A DNA stretch of 64,000 nucleotides. Source: Callorhinchus milii (Eukaryota). Below the pieces are notes generated by a model. That model ran no database searches. It was not told the DNA's origin and was given only the letters and a program-made list of their open reading frames with translations. Where the stretch lies: NCBI RefSeq assembly GCF_018977255.1, contig NW_024704743.1, positions 16,308,001-16,372,000 on the forward strand, in the 5' to 3' direction. The position numbers and the translations under genes were made by a program. Positions 1-11,983 of the stretch are shown piece by piece; position 1 is the first letter of the stretch; each line of letters starts with the position of its first letter.

Positions 1-240
1 TTGGAAATGGAGGCTGAACATCACTTTGGCACCTATGTTTTGCAGTGCTGTCATTCTGCTTTATTAATTATACTGGACACAACAAATTGGTTTATCATCG
101 ATAAAGCAAAAAAAAAGCATCTTAACTTCACAAAGCCAGTGCACATCCAAAACAAATATCATACCTGACCATAAATGTCCCTCAGTATATCTGAGAAACA
201 CAACTTACATTTATAGAGCTGGTAGTTCAATAGTGTAGTT

Positions 241-429
241 CAGGGGTCTCCAACCTGTCAATCGCAATCAACTACTCGGAGTATGAAGAAGTGGCCCTCC
301 AAACACCCCCACCAATCCAGGTAAGTCCGCACCAAAGTTCCAACAGCTACTGAGCTGCGATACCCTTGACATGGCCATTAATAAATAAAAATGTATTTGT
401 TGGCCCACCATGTAGGTTGGTGACCACTG
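241..429. mobile_element. Non-autonomous hAT-type MITE (189 bp)
   Basis: Terminal inverted repeats CAGGGGTCTCCAACCT (241-256) and AGGTTGGTGACCACTG (414-429) match at 14/16 and have the CAG(G/T)GGT start typical of hAT. The 8-bp flanks gtgtagtt / gcgcaatt match at 5/8, and all three mismatches are transitions. Confidence 0.7.
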
Positions 430-695
430 GCGCAATTTGACCCTGAGCTGCGGGGAAAGGGGAAGTGACTGTAGGCACAATTGAAGTGGAAAGTTTTCAG
501 ATGCAAATAACAGGCAAGGCAGAGGGATTCAGACAAAGGATAAGGTCATAAGTGGCTGAAGCCTGATGGTGGAGCAGAGGGGTCAAGGGACGCGTAGAAG
601 GCCTGAGCTGGCCAAGCAAAGTGGCATTGGAGAGGAGTATTGTATGTGCAGATTGGAGGGGTAGGTAGATGCTTTGTAAGTGATTGGTAAGTGAT

Positions 696-2324
696 TTCCA
701 CCTCCTTGCCCCTCTATTCACAAACATCATAAACCTCTCCCTGTTCATTGGCACGCTTCCCACCCTTCTAAAAACGGGGATATCACTCCTACCCTTAAAA
801 AATCCTCCCTGAACCCATCCCCGCTCTCAAACTTCCACACCATCTCCTACTTCACTTTCCTTTCCAAGCTCCTGGACCGAGTCATTGCTTCCCAGCTTCG
901 CTCCTTCCTCTCCCACCACTCCCTTCATGAACACCTCCAATTGGGTTTCCGTGATGCCCGCAGCACAGAAACAGCTCTGGTCAAAGTGACAAATGATATT
1001 TTGTCCACCTATGACTAGGGCTCCCTCTGCTTCTTCGTCCTCCTTGACCTCTCTGCTACTTTCTATACCGTTGACCACTCTATCCTCCTCCACCCCCTCG
1101 CCTCTCATCTCAACCTTCATGGTTCTGTACTTGAATGGTTCAGATTCTACCTTTCACACTGTATCCATTTCATCTCTACAAATTGTTTCTCCCCGAGCTC
1201 CTGCATCATCTCATGCAGTGTTCCTCAGGGCTCTGTCCTTGGTGCCATCCTCTTTAATATCTATATGCTCCCTCTTGATAACATCATCCGCAGACGTGGG
1301 GTAAACTTCCACATGTATATGAATGATACCCAACCGTAGCTCTCTGCCTCCACCCTTGACTCCAGGACCACTGCTAACTTTTTGAGTTGAACGTCAGTGA
1401 GACTGAGGCTCTCCTAATTGGCTCCCGTCAGCGCCTCCACACCTCAGGTGCTGACAGCATCAGCATTCAAGGATGCACACTCCACCTTACTAAGCCAGTC
1501 CAGAACCTTGGTGTCTTGTTTGACCCTCAACTATCCTTTCTACCCCACATCCATGCCATGACCCACTCTGCTTTCCCCCACCTCTGAAACATCACACCAT
1601 TCCTCGCCACTGTCTAACACCCATTCATAACGTCCAGACTTGACTTTGCAAATAACCTGCTGTCAGCCTCCCCAACTCCTCCTTCTATAGGCTGCAGATC
1701 ATCCAGAACTCTGCAGCTCGGGTCCTCTCCCGCATCAGGTTCCATGACCCTATCACCCCCATCCTCACCCAACTCCACTGGCTTCTCATCATACAAAGGA
1801 TACAGTTCAAGATCCTGGTCCTCACCTTCAAAGTTCTCCATGGCCTCGCTCCCCCCTACCTCTGCATCCTCCTAACCACCTACCAACCTGCCCGCTGCCT
1901 CCATTCAGTGGGCTTCGGCCTGCTTCACATTCCCCGCCTCGCCCGCCCCACAATTGGCAGACGGACCTTCAGCCACTCTGCCCCCACCCTATACAATTCC
2001 ATCCTGCAGTCCCTCCACCTCGACCCCTCCCTTGCCTCCATCAAGACCCATCTCAAGACCCTCCTCTTCGACCATGCCTTTGATCGCCCTCCTTCAACAA
2101 CAACAACAACAACTTGGATTTATATAGCGCCCTCCATGCCAGACGATGTCTCAGAGCGCTTCACAGTAACAGATCTCGGAGCTGAGCCCCCTCCTTCCCC
2201 CCCTGCTCTCCACCCTCCCTGATCCCGACCCCCAGCTCGGGACCAAAACACTGATTGTTCAGCGCCTTGGACACCCTCCCGACATGAAAGGCGCAACACA
2301 AATGTAATTTTGTTGTTGTTGTTG
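696..2324 (+). mobile_element. L2 LINE, 5'-truncated ~1.6 kb (RT domain, C-terminus and 3' tail), decayed
   Basis: Decayed RT motifs (LDLSA-F, PQGSVLG, HMY-DDTQ equivalents), HWL and LWN-type C-terminal motifs, terminal AGCGCCTT..AAGGCGC stem-loop and (TTG)n tail. Multiple stops and frameshifts. Confidence 0.92.
2096..2188 (-). mobile_element. Short L2-tail element nested antisense in the L2 3' UTR
   Basis: (CAA)n followed by atttatatagcgcc...gagcgcttcacagt. Flanked by the 9-bp direct repeat ccctccttc (2087-2095 and 2189-2197). Confidence 0.75.
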
Positions 2325-2644
2325 TAAAATCAATCCATCCAGGGAACCAATGGAGCCTGCAAGGACTAGGGAGTACGGAGTCTGGTCCAGTGGTTTTGTC
2401 ATTGAAGTCAAAAGTCACAAGATTTTCACAACATTGGTAAACACTTCATCCCAAACATGTGGCAGCCCTCTAGAATACTAGTTAGACTTTCTACCAAAAT
2501 ATTAATTCTGACTTCCACCAAGTTAACGTCTGAATGCTGTTCTCGAGGGTCAGCGATTTGCAATTCCTTTCAGAAATCTTGCTATTTAGACTCTGATATG
2601 AACTGACAATCGAAAGCAATTAAATAGCTTACATTACACTGCTC

Positions 2645-2719
2645 TATTCAAAGAGCCAGCACAAACTCAATGGGCCAAATGGCCTCTTTTTGTGCTGTAT
2701 GATTCTATGATTCTATGAT
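2645..2719 (+). mobile_element. CR1 LINE 3' tail fragment
   Basis: gggccaaatggcct...tgtgctgta followed by the (ATTCTATG)n octamer tail. The same tail occurs at ~10450-10585, 11500-11670, 25870-25918 and 28150-28255, and on the minus strand at 4800-4915. Confidence 0.8.
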
Positions 2720-3000
2720 CAGGAAAGACTACGTGGCAGAGGTCCTGGTCTGAAACTCTCTGCCTCAATCCCTCCGCCTTGCCACTTCCTTGCCCAATTT
2801 CAGATCATATCTAAAGACCTTCCCCTTTGACTGTGCCTACATCTCCTCCCATCTTTCCTTTGCTTAGCGTTAAGCTCTGCCACTTTAAGCACTCTGAGAC
2901 CCTACCCTGCATGAAGGGCACAATATAAATACAATTATTATTGTAATTGGTCAAGCAGGCATCATGTTAGAGGCTGCCACTCCAGGGCCATATCACTTAC

Positions 3001-3229
3001 CTTGCAGGTTTTGCAGCGGTAATGTCATGAGGCCTCCTGCTGCAGCCGCTGCAACCAGTCCTTGGATGTTGGTGAGGTTGGCAGTGGGTAGACTTAGGAC
3101 CAAGCCCTGCTGGTTGCCAAGCTGACCAGCCATGTTAAACGGTATGAGGATGGGTTGGTTCAGGGCAGGATTCCCCGCTGGCATCACTCCTGCTACGGCT
3201 GAAGCCAGCTGTTGTGCTGTCAACAAGGG
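3001..3229 (-). CDS. POU6F2: POU6F2 internal coding exon (229 nt, phase 0 to phase 1)
   Basis: Translates PLLTAQQLASAVAGVMPAGNPALNQPILIPFNMAGQLGNQQGLVLSLPTANLTNIQGLVAAAAAGGLMTLPLQNLQ, near-identical to the recalled human POU6F2 N-terminal region. Acceptor tctctctttgttccattgcag| and donor CAAG|gtaagt. Confidence 0.96.
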
Positions 3230-3289
3230 CTGCAATGGAACAAAGAGAGAATCATTCAGAAATGAGCGTCACTGTTCACGAGTGTGTAC

Positions 3290-3845
3290 ATAATAATAAT
3301 ACTATAATTTGACACAGCGCCTTTCACGTTGGGAGGACGTCTCAAAGTGCTTCACAGGATATACTGTAAGTGTAGTGACTGAGTGCTTTGTAGACTAACA
3401 CGATACCTTCCACCCTTTCATGAAGGCTCAAATAATAATCCTTGAATCTGATCTATCTCCGATAACATCTAAATGTTTCAAAGCACTTCGCAGGCAATTA
3501 TAGTCCAGTGGAGTGACTGTTTTTGGACGCAAACAAGACTGCAAGTTTGGACGCAGCAGGGTTCCACAAACAGACATGAATTGAATGAATAATTAATTTG
3601 TCAGCCAGGACACCAGGAGAATCTCCCTTCTCTTTTCAAATAGTGCCATGCAATGTTTAACAGCCAGCTGGACAGGTAGACCGGACCTCGGTTTAACATC
3701 TCATTCAAGGCACAGCATTCCAACAGTAATAATAATAATCCTTTAATTTGATATAGCGCTTTATCACATCGTTGATATGTCTCAAAGCACCTCACAGAAT
3801 ATATTGTAAAATGGTTTGCCACAAAGCAGCGCTCCCCCAGTACTC
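3290..3845 (-). mobile_element. Cluster of nested DeuSINE fragments and tails
   Basis: Three (AAT)n tails with the L2-type stem-loop, plus Deu-domain sequence (ggacctcggtttaacatctca; tttcaaatagtgccatg). Confidence 0.75.
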
Positions 3846-4177
3846 AACCCCAATTGTGGTCATTGATCATCTCCAACTCTTCAATAATGGGAAGACCTGC
3901 CCTACATTTGTTTCTGTTCTAATGGGCAGAGGCAGAGGATCATCTTGACATTAGGGTCACCACCCATAGCGGATTTTGTGTTATAATGGGAATCACTGCA
4001 AGTGAACAGTGTATTATAACCTCATTTGATGCACTTCATGCTAGATCATTACCTTAGCAACCTGGGTGCATGTGGTTATCAGTTATAAATCTGGACCTCC
4101 TCACATTTAAAGAAATGACTTACTTTGAGGAACTTTGGGCATCACAAATTTAAGCTGTCAACACAACAGTTTACTGC

Positions 4178-4248
4178 TTGACCTGCTGAGTGTTCCCAGC
4201 GACTTCTGTTTTTGTTTTAGGTTTCCAGTACCTGCAGTATTTTGTGTT
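4178..4248 (+). mobile_element. Penelope-like element terminal fragment
   Basis: tgacctgctgagtgttcccagcgacttctgtttt...tttccagtacctgcagtattttgtg, nearly identical to 24820-24890. Confidence 0.65.
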
Positions 4249-4924
4249 CAGTTTATCAAAGCTGGCTCATTAACTCAGTGCAGTTTGAGCAATTTTTTCA
4301 GTCCTGGTTAGTACAGATTTTTGCTTCATTTTTTGCACACAAGCTCATTTACCTCTGACCATTCGCACTTCTCCACCTATCCTCCTCAGTCGTTCACAGG
4401 CTTGAACCTCCCCCCAGGCTTAGTTCATAAAATATAACGTTGCACAGAACTGTGAACATGTCTTAAATTTAGATTGAGACAAAATATTAATTTATCACTT
4501 CAGTCCTGTTGTTATCCTCCATTACTATCATGTTCAAATCTCAGCACTCTCTTTTTCTTGATTCACCTCTTTTATAGTCGACTACTACAATGACGGCAAC
4601 AACAACAGTTTACATTCATACATCGCCTTTACAACAACAACAAGATTACATTTGTATAGCGCCTTTCACATTGGGAGGACATCCCAAGGCGCTGGGACTT
4701 TACTATCGCCTTTACTATTGCGAGAACGTATCTGTTACAGAGGGAGCCCAAGCTGGGAGGATTCTAGAGGGATGCGGGGAATGTGGCTGAAAGTACAGTG
4801 CGTAGAAGCATAGAAATTTACAGCACAGAAGAAGGCCATTCGGCCCATCATGCCTGCGCTGGCTCTCTCAAGAGCAATCCTTTCAGTCCCATTTACCTGC
4901 CCTTTCCCAACGCCTCTGTAAGTC

Positions 4925-5195
4925 CACAGCACCAGTCAAAGTGACAAGTCCTGAGGAAGGATTGGAAAGCAGAGCTGAGCCAAGAGAGAAAAGTTTTCAG
5001 AAGGAGGGAGGCATAGGGGCTGAAGTCATGCCCACCGATGATGGGTGGAGCATGAAGCAGGCCAGAGCTGGTGGAGTGGAGGAGTGGCAGGAGATGATTG
5101 TCGAGATAGGGTGGGGCAAGGCTGTGGAGGTACATCAAGGTGAGAACGATGATCTTAACAATCATTCGCTGGGAGACAGGGAGCAGGTGGAGTCA
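4925..5195 (-). mobile_element. Older L2 ORF2 C-terminal fragment
   Basis: Minus-strand translation KIIVLT..LHSLAPPYL..LHSTSSGLLH..IIGGHDFS matches the C-terminus of the other L2 copies. Confidence 0.7.
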
Positions 5196-5199
5196 ATAA

Positions 5200-5490
5200 C
5201 CACCTTCTTTAATAGATTCCATTGTCAGTCCATCAATTCACCAAGTAACAATTCTTCCTACTGTACTGCAGTGAATTCCTTCCGAGCTTTGCAAATCAAG
5301 CTTTCTTGCAGTCCAATACCATGGGTTGTGGCCCTTCTTTGTCTGTTGCGAGTCTGATACTGAATTCTATCAAGCCTCTGATCACTGTTCCCAGATTTCT
5401 AACTATTTCCGGGTCATTACTCAAACCAAATGGAGTAACATCTATTTCTCTTGTAGGCGTTAAGATGTACTGCATTAGGAAGGCATCATG
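5200..5490 (-). mobile_element. Ancient CR1 ORF2 endonuclease fragment
   Basis: Minus strand reads DAFLMQYILTPTRE..SNDPEIVRNLG, followed after a frameshift by an SD..IEFSI-like segment. This resembles the CR1 APE endonuclease Q-V-EPTR / LDL / SDH region. Confidence 0.6.
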
Positions 5491-5771
5491 AATAAATCTA
5501 CTTTACTTTTTATTTGTTCTACTATCCATTCCTCTCCCAATCTATATGCAAGCTAGTAGCTCTCATTATTACTACATTTTTATTCCAGCAGGCTATCCTG
5601 ATCTGCACGCGCATACATATTTTGTTAAGTCATCTCAGTCAAATCAATAAAAAAAACTCCCACCACTGTTTTACATATATTCCTATTCTTTAGGAATACA
5701 TGAACATAGTGGGCTATATCAAACCTGCTTTAGTTCTTACCCATAGTGATTCTATGTGTTAATGATAATGA

Positions 5772-6242
5772 AAATAATAATGATAATAATAATAATAATC
5801 CTTACATTTGGTACAGCACCTTTCACATTGGGAGGTCATCCAAAAGAACTTCACCATGATTTACCATGAAGCAAAGAGACTGTGTATTTGTGGGCAAACG
5901 TGGCCAATTTGCTCACAGCAATGTCCCGCAAACAGCCTCAAAGTGAATGATCAATATTTTTGTATTATTTGGGGGATTGTTGGCCACAACACTGGGAGAA
6001 ACTTCTTTCTCTTTTTGAATAGTGCGGCAGGATCCTTAACGTCCACCTGAACAGGCAGACGGGGCCTCGGTTTAACAGTTAATTCGAAGGACGGTATCTC
6101 CAGCAATGCAACACCACTCCCCCCCAGTGCTGCATTCGAGTGTCATCTTTAGATTATTTAAGCTCAAGTCCCGACATAGGACTTGAACTCACAGCCTTCT
6201 GCCTCAGAGGTAAGAGTGCTACCACTGAGCCAGGCTGACACA
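5772..6242 (-). mobile_element. Full-length DeuSINE (SacSINE1-like, family A)
   Basis: tRNA-like head (ggctcagtggtagcactc..gagttcaagtcc), Deu domain (ggagataccgtccttcg..ttaaaccgaggccccgtctgcctgttcaggtgg), L2-type stem-loop and (TTA)n tail. Confidence 0.85.
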
Positions 6243-7052
6243 CCCACCATCATGACAGTGCCTTTTCCTAGAATCGATGTTCCACCTCTTTCCAGATCAC
6301 GTCTGAAGACCTGCTTCTTTGATCCTGCCTAGGGTCACATCCACTCTCTATCCAGCGCAGCATCAAACACCACCAATGTTAGAAGGCTATGAGATTGCTT
6401 GTGCATGAAGGACATAAAATCAAGTTGTTATTGTTGTTGTTATTCTATTTTCCCTGCCTCTTCTAAAAATCTTATCTCCTAGCATGCTCGGTTCCCAGTG
6501 TGGCCAAAGCAGAGGTCAGCCCTATAATAATAATCTTTGCATTTGATACACAGTACAGCAAATGAAACCTCTACATATGCAGAGGTGCTGGAAGTTTTCA
6601 AAATGTATTGGGTCTGAAAACCTTGACAGGTACTTTATTTTGCACTTCATGGTCAATCCTTAACATACTAAAATCCTGCAGAAAGCTAATATCCCAATAT
6701 TAAGAATAATTATTAGTAAATCCAATCATGCACTCTTGTGATTTAGGAACACACAGTACAATTGTCCAATACAAAAAGCATCATGTGGTTTCAATGCTTT
6801 GTGACACCGAACACAATATAAGATCCAGATAACAAGAGGATCAGGTACCAACAAGAGCTCTGAACAATAGAGGATTGCAGAGAGCCGTGATAGCATTGCA
6901 GTCCATGAGTTAAACCGTGTGCAAGCGGTGCTTAAAAGGCCGCTTTTTTCACGCTGGGGCATAATCATAATCCTTATGATAATCCTTAATAATTCAATTG
7001 CAATTTTTGCAGTAATGGAAAGCAACTTTATCTTAAAATGCACTTCCATTTT

Positions 7053-9062
7053 TCATAGAAACAGAGAGTTAAACAGCACAGAAGAAGGCCATTCGGCCCA
7101 TTGTGTCTGTGCCGGCTCTTTGAAAAGTGCTATCCAAATCAATCCCACTCTCCCTTCTGTTCGACCCTGAGCTGTCCTTTCTTCCCCACATCCGCGCCAC
7201 AGCTGGCACTACCTTCCACCACCTCCGGAAAATCGCCAGACTACAGCACTACCTCACCCCTCACGCTGCTGAAACTCTGGTCCACACCTTTATCACCTCA
7301 AGGCTGGACTATGGGAACTCTCTCCTCGCCGGCCTTCCCGCCACCTCCCTCCACAAGCTGCAGGTCATTCAGAACTCTGCAGCTCGTGTACTGTCCCGCA
7401 CCAGGCTTCGCGACCACATCACTCCCACCCTCGCTCACCTCCACTGGCTCCCCATCCCCCAGAGGATCGAATTCAAGATCCTCATCCTCACCTACAAGGC
7501 CATTCACAGCCTTGCACCCTCCTACCTCTCCGACCTACTATCCTCCCACGTACCTGCCCGTACCCTCCATTCCTCTGGCTCCGGTCTGCTCCACATCCCC
7601 CGCCCCAACCGCCCTACCATCAGTGGCCAGGCTTTCAGCCTCTCAGCCCCGAGGCTCTGGAACTTCATCCCCCAGTGCCTTCGCCGCCTCCTCCCTTTCC
7701 TCCTTCAAGGCTGGTCTCAAGACCTTTCTCTTCAACCGCAACTTCAGCTCCCCTCTCGACTCTCTACCCCCTCCTCACTCCCTCCCTCCCTTCCCTCCCC
7801 TCACCCTGACCATTTCCCCCCTGCTCGGGTCCCGACCCAACTGTCCAGCGCCTTGGGACGTCCGCCCGACATGAAAGGCGCTCTATAAATGCAATCTTGT
7901 TGTTGTTGTTGTATAGCCCTGTAAACTTATCTTCCCCAATTAATTATCCTCTTCTCTCTTAAAAGTTGTTATCGAATCAGCTTCCACCACTGTTTCAAGC
8001 AAAGCATTCCAGATCCAAACAACTCACCGTGTGAAACAATTTCTCCTCACCTCCCCTCCGTTTCTTTTAACAACTATTTTAAATCGGTGTCCTCGGGTTA
8101 CCAACCCACCCGCCAGTGGAAATAGTTTCTCTTTGTTCACCCTATCGAACCCCTCATAATTTTGAAAACCTCTATTAAGTCTCCTCTTAACCTTCTCTGC
8201 TCCAAGGAGAATATAATAGCTTCTCTAGCCTCTCCTCATAACTGAAGTCCCTCATTCCTGGTACCATCCTGGTAAATCTCCTTTGCACCCTCTCCAATGC
8301 CTTAACATCCTTCCTAAAAGTGTGGTGCCCAGAACTGAACACAGTATTCTAGCTGAGGCCTAACCAGTGTTTTATAAGGAATCATCATAACTTCCTGACT
8401 TTTGTATTCTATGACCCTGTTTATAAAGCCAGTATGCTGTATGCTTTTTTAACAGCTTTATCTACCTGTCCTGCCACCTTCAAAGATTAACTGAACCCCC
8501 AGGTCTCTCTATTCCTTCACCTACTTTAAGATTGTACCATGTAAAAACATCAGGAGTCCCAATACCGATGCCTGGAGGACACCACTGCACACTTCCCTCC
8601 ATACAGAAAAACAACCGTTCACCACTACTCTCTGCTTTCTGTCTCCCAGTCAGTTCTGTATCTATGCTGCAATACCATGGGCTTCTATTTGACTTATAAG
8701 TCTCTTATGTGGCACTTTATCAAACACCTTTTGAAAACTCATATAAACTACATCAACTGCACTACCTTCATCCACCCTGTCCGTTACTTCACCAAAAAAC
8801 TCTACCAGGTTTGTCAGACATGATTTGCCTTTAACAAATCTGTGTTGACTGTCCTTTACTTAAGTGAAAATTTATTTTGTCCAGGATTATAGTCTCTAGA
8901 AGTTTCCCCACTACTTAGGCTGACTGGCCTGTTCCCGGGTTTATCCTTCTGCCCCTTTTGTACAAGGGAATAACATTTGCAACCCTCCAGTCCTCTGGCA
9001 CCACCCCTGGGTCCAAGGAAGACTGAAAGATTGTGGCCAGAGCCTCTGTTATTTCCACCCTC
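7053..9062 (-). mobile_element. CR1 LINE 3' portion, internally deleted and split by a younger L2
   Basis: Tail at 7053-7154 resumes at 7913 (atagccctgtaaac), as in the uninterrupted tail at 30570-30832. CR1 RT-region sequence continues to ~9060. Confidence 0.85.
7155..7912 (+). mobile_element. Young L2 LINE 3' fragment with uninterrupted ORF2 C-terminal frame
   Basis: About 175 stop-free codons LFDPELSFLPHI..SRLDYGNSLL..IQNSAARVL..HWLPIPQRIEFK..APRLWNFIP, then stem-loop and (TTG)n tail. Confidence 0.93.
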
Positions 9063-11983
9063 ATCTTACAAACATGCAATGCAGCACTGCCAAGATGTCA
9101 GAATCCTTTGTGTCTACTTGCCAATAAGTGGCTTCTGTGCTATAATAAACGGCTTGGCCTGCCATGTTAACTGAGTGTGCAGGAGGTGTTTATTGTCTTG
9201 CACACTTTGGGATTTCTATACTCGTTGCTTAGTGATATTACTTTCTCTGCAATATGAGTCAATCTACCATCATAAGGACACCACGTGACTATTTCTATCC
9301 TGCAGCTCATAATAGGAGATTTAACCTGTATCCCAGTCACCAACATTACCACGAGAAGTAGTTCAGTGTCAGGCAATTCATAAAAGATCTATTCTGCTAG
9401 TATTGTGGCCATAGTGCATTTCTTACTATTGATATTTTACAGTAATGCTGACAGATATTGAGAGCAGCTGCATTGAGTATAATGTCTATGGTCTGTTTGA
9501 TATCAAATACTTGCACATTTATCCTTGTGCGGTCACCCTGTTTTAGCTCGTAAAACTCCAGCAGTACTGCCTGCCACTGCGCACTTTTTGTCTCCAAGCC
9601 TTGGCTTCAATCCAGACAAGCGGAAACAACTGCGTATGTTGAACTTAGTAGTTTGGTTTGGTGACTGTTAGGCACAATGATGAATTACCACCTGTTAGGG
9701 TATCCACGAGTGATAGACACCTGGATGACCAAAAGAAAATTAATGGGGGGTAAAGTTTGAGACGTTTCATAACAGACACCGGGAAGTGTTTCTTTACCCA
9801 GAGGGTCATTTCAAAATGAAAATGCTGCGTATTGAAATTCTGCAAAATGTAACCCCTGATGTAAATTACAAACAGTCAAAGTACTTCCTGTTAAAAAAAT
9901 AAACAAAACTCAGCTCACAGGATCGTAAGATCACTTCAGATCATCAGATGGTCCACATGAACACCTATCTACATTCCTCCCATCATAGCATTGAACTCTT
10001 TCTTAAATGAGTCCAGTGTCCTGCCTCAACCACCTTTTCTGGTAGCCTATTCGAGTCATGAATTACCACCTGGGTAAAGAAAAATTACTTGATGTCTGCA
10101 CTGAAGTTGCCCTTCGCAACCCTGAACCAGTAAATTGTGCTCTCCTGCCCCAGAATGCTCGACTCCAGTGACTGTTATAGATCTTTAAGGCAATGGTACA
10201 AGATGAGGATCGTTTCACGTTGTTAAAACAATTAGGTTGTCTTTGAATATTTTCAAGCAGAGGGCACTGTGTTTTCATCAACATCATATTTCTTCAAAAA
10301 CATTGGCATGTTTCTTTTGACAGCTAATTTTTGTAAGTTTCCTAATGGGGCGCGAATTATAAAACACCCTCTATTATATGATGCATGTGAACATAAGTCA
10401 CAGGCATGATTCTTACACTGGTCAACTTGTTGTCCCAGCAACAAAACAGTGGTTGGATGTGAAAGTTAGAGGCTTGAAGGAGATGACAGAGCAGTGGGAT
10501 TGAATGAACATTGTTGCTTTGAGAGCCAGTGCAAAATTATTAGGCCGAATGGCCTCCTGTGCTGTAAATTTCTACGATTCTGTGTGAAGATCCGCCATCT
10601 CTTCTCTATTTCCTCGGGGTTTCCGATTAATAAACCCTAATTGAAGGGAGGTTTGTCCTTACCTGTAGACTGCCTTCTCCTGGCTCCTGCCCATGACTTG
10701 AGCCAGGAAAGACAGGCAGGAAACCTCAGCATAGAGGGGAGTGTGTATGTTTGTGTGTGTGCCGCTGCACCCTGAATAACTCAGACTGTTTTATTTTGCT
10801 TACATTTTCATGAAAAAACATCCTAATCCATATAAAAAATAGAGTGTTGCAAACAATATTCTTGTTACTGTGCGCAGGGTAATTTACCTTTGGCAGGATC
10901 TTGCACTAAGTCAGTGATTTACCCTCAGCCTCTTAACATCGAAGCATAATAGTCCATTAATCTTGTACGTTTTCTTGTGACAATGTATAACAATCCTTCA
11001 GTAAATGTTCTGCCCATGAAGGGAAGCAGTTTGAATGAAATCCACTACTGCCGGTGCCTGACGTTGAATAGCTGCTGATTGTGACATTTGTTCAGATCAT
11101 TCCCTCTCACTGCCAGATGGTTTATAAAGCTGTCAATCACTCTCGCCAACACTGGAAGAAACTGACCATTGGGGCATTACATGGGGGCATACCCAGTCTT
11201 CACCCCCCACCCCCACCCCAGCATGTGCAAGGTCAATACACTCTGCCCAGTCTGCATTAGATCCAGACCAGAGATCTGACTTAGACAGATTCAAGCTGAG
11301 TTTTTGGGAGGCAGCATTCTCACATGTGCAGCGCAAATACAATTCTGACAATTGGTAGAATTGACGACAATGTCATAGTGTGTCGAGCTTGATTTCCACA
11401 AGGCTGTAAGGCTTCAGATTGACTCTGTTTCTCTTAGATAGGTGGAGGCAATATCAGTCTGTATTTCAGGAGGACCATATTTAAAGCCGATTCAATGTCA
11501 ACATTTAAGAGAGAAGTGGATGGTTATTTGGGGAGGATGGGTTTGAAGGGCTTTGGGGAGAGAGTAGGAGAGCGGCATTGATTTGGATAGCTCTTTTCAA
11601 AGAGCTGGCACGGACAGGATGAGCCGAGTGGCCTCCTTCTGTGAGGTATAATTCTATGATTCTATGATATGCTCAGACCCTTTTGACCCATCCCAACTCA
11701 GACTTGCCTCCCAACCTTTCCACTCAGATCTACGTCTCAGTCCCACCGCTTAAAGCTGTTTTTCGACCCCTCCATTCACACCTTCTCCCAATCACTCATA
11801 GCTGGCTCCTCGTCTCAGCTCATATTTGTGTCACGTCTAAGTCTTTCCTGCTCAGACCTTCCACAAGAATAATATTGTCTTTGAGTGAGTGCTGCACGTG
11901 GGTTTCACACACATAAAGGTTCAGTCCATGAATGGTAAATGTTAGACAGACAACAAGTTGTACATCTTTATGCACTTGATTAT

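Noticed and set aside
7101..7888. Longest ORFs (253 and 257 aa) as host genes
   Set aside because: L2 ORF2 C-terminus and its shifted frame. The start codons come from the adjacent CR1 tail.
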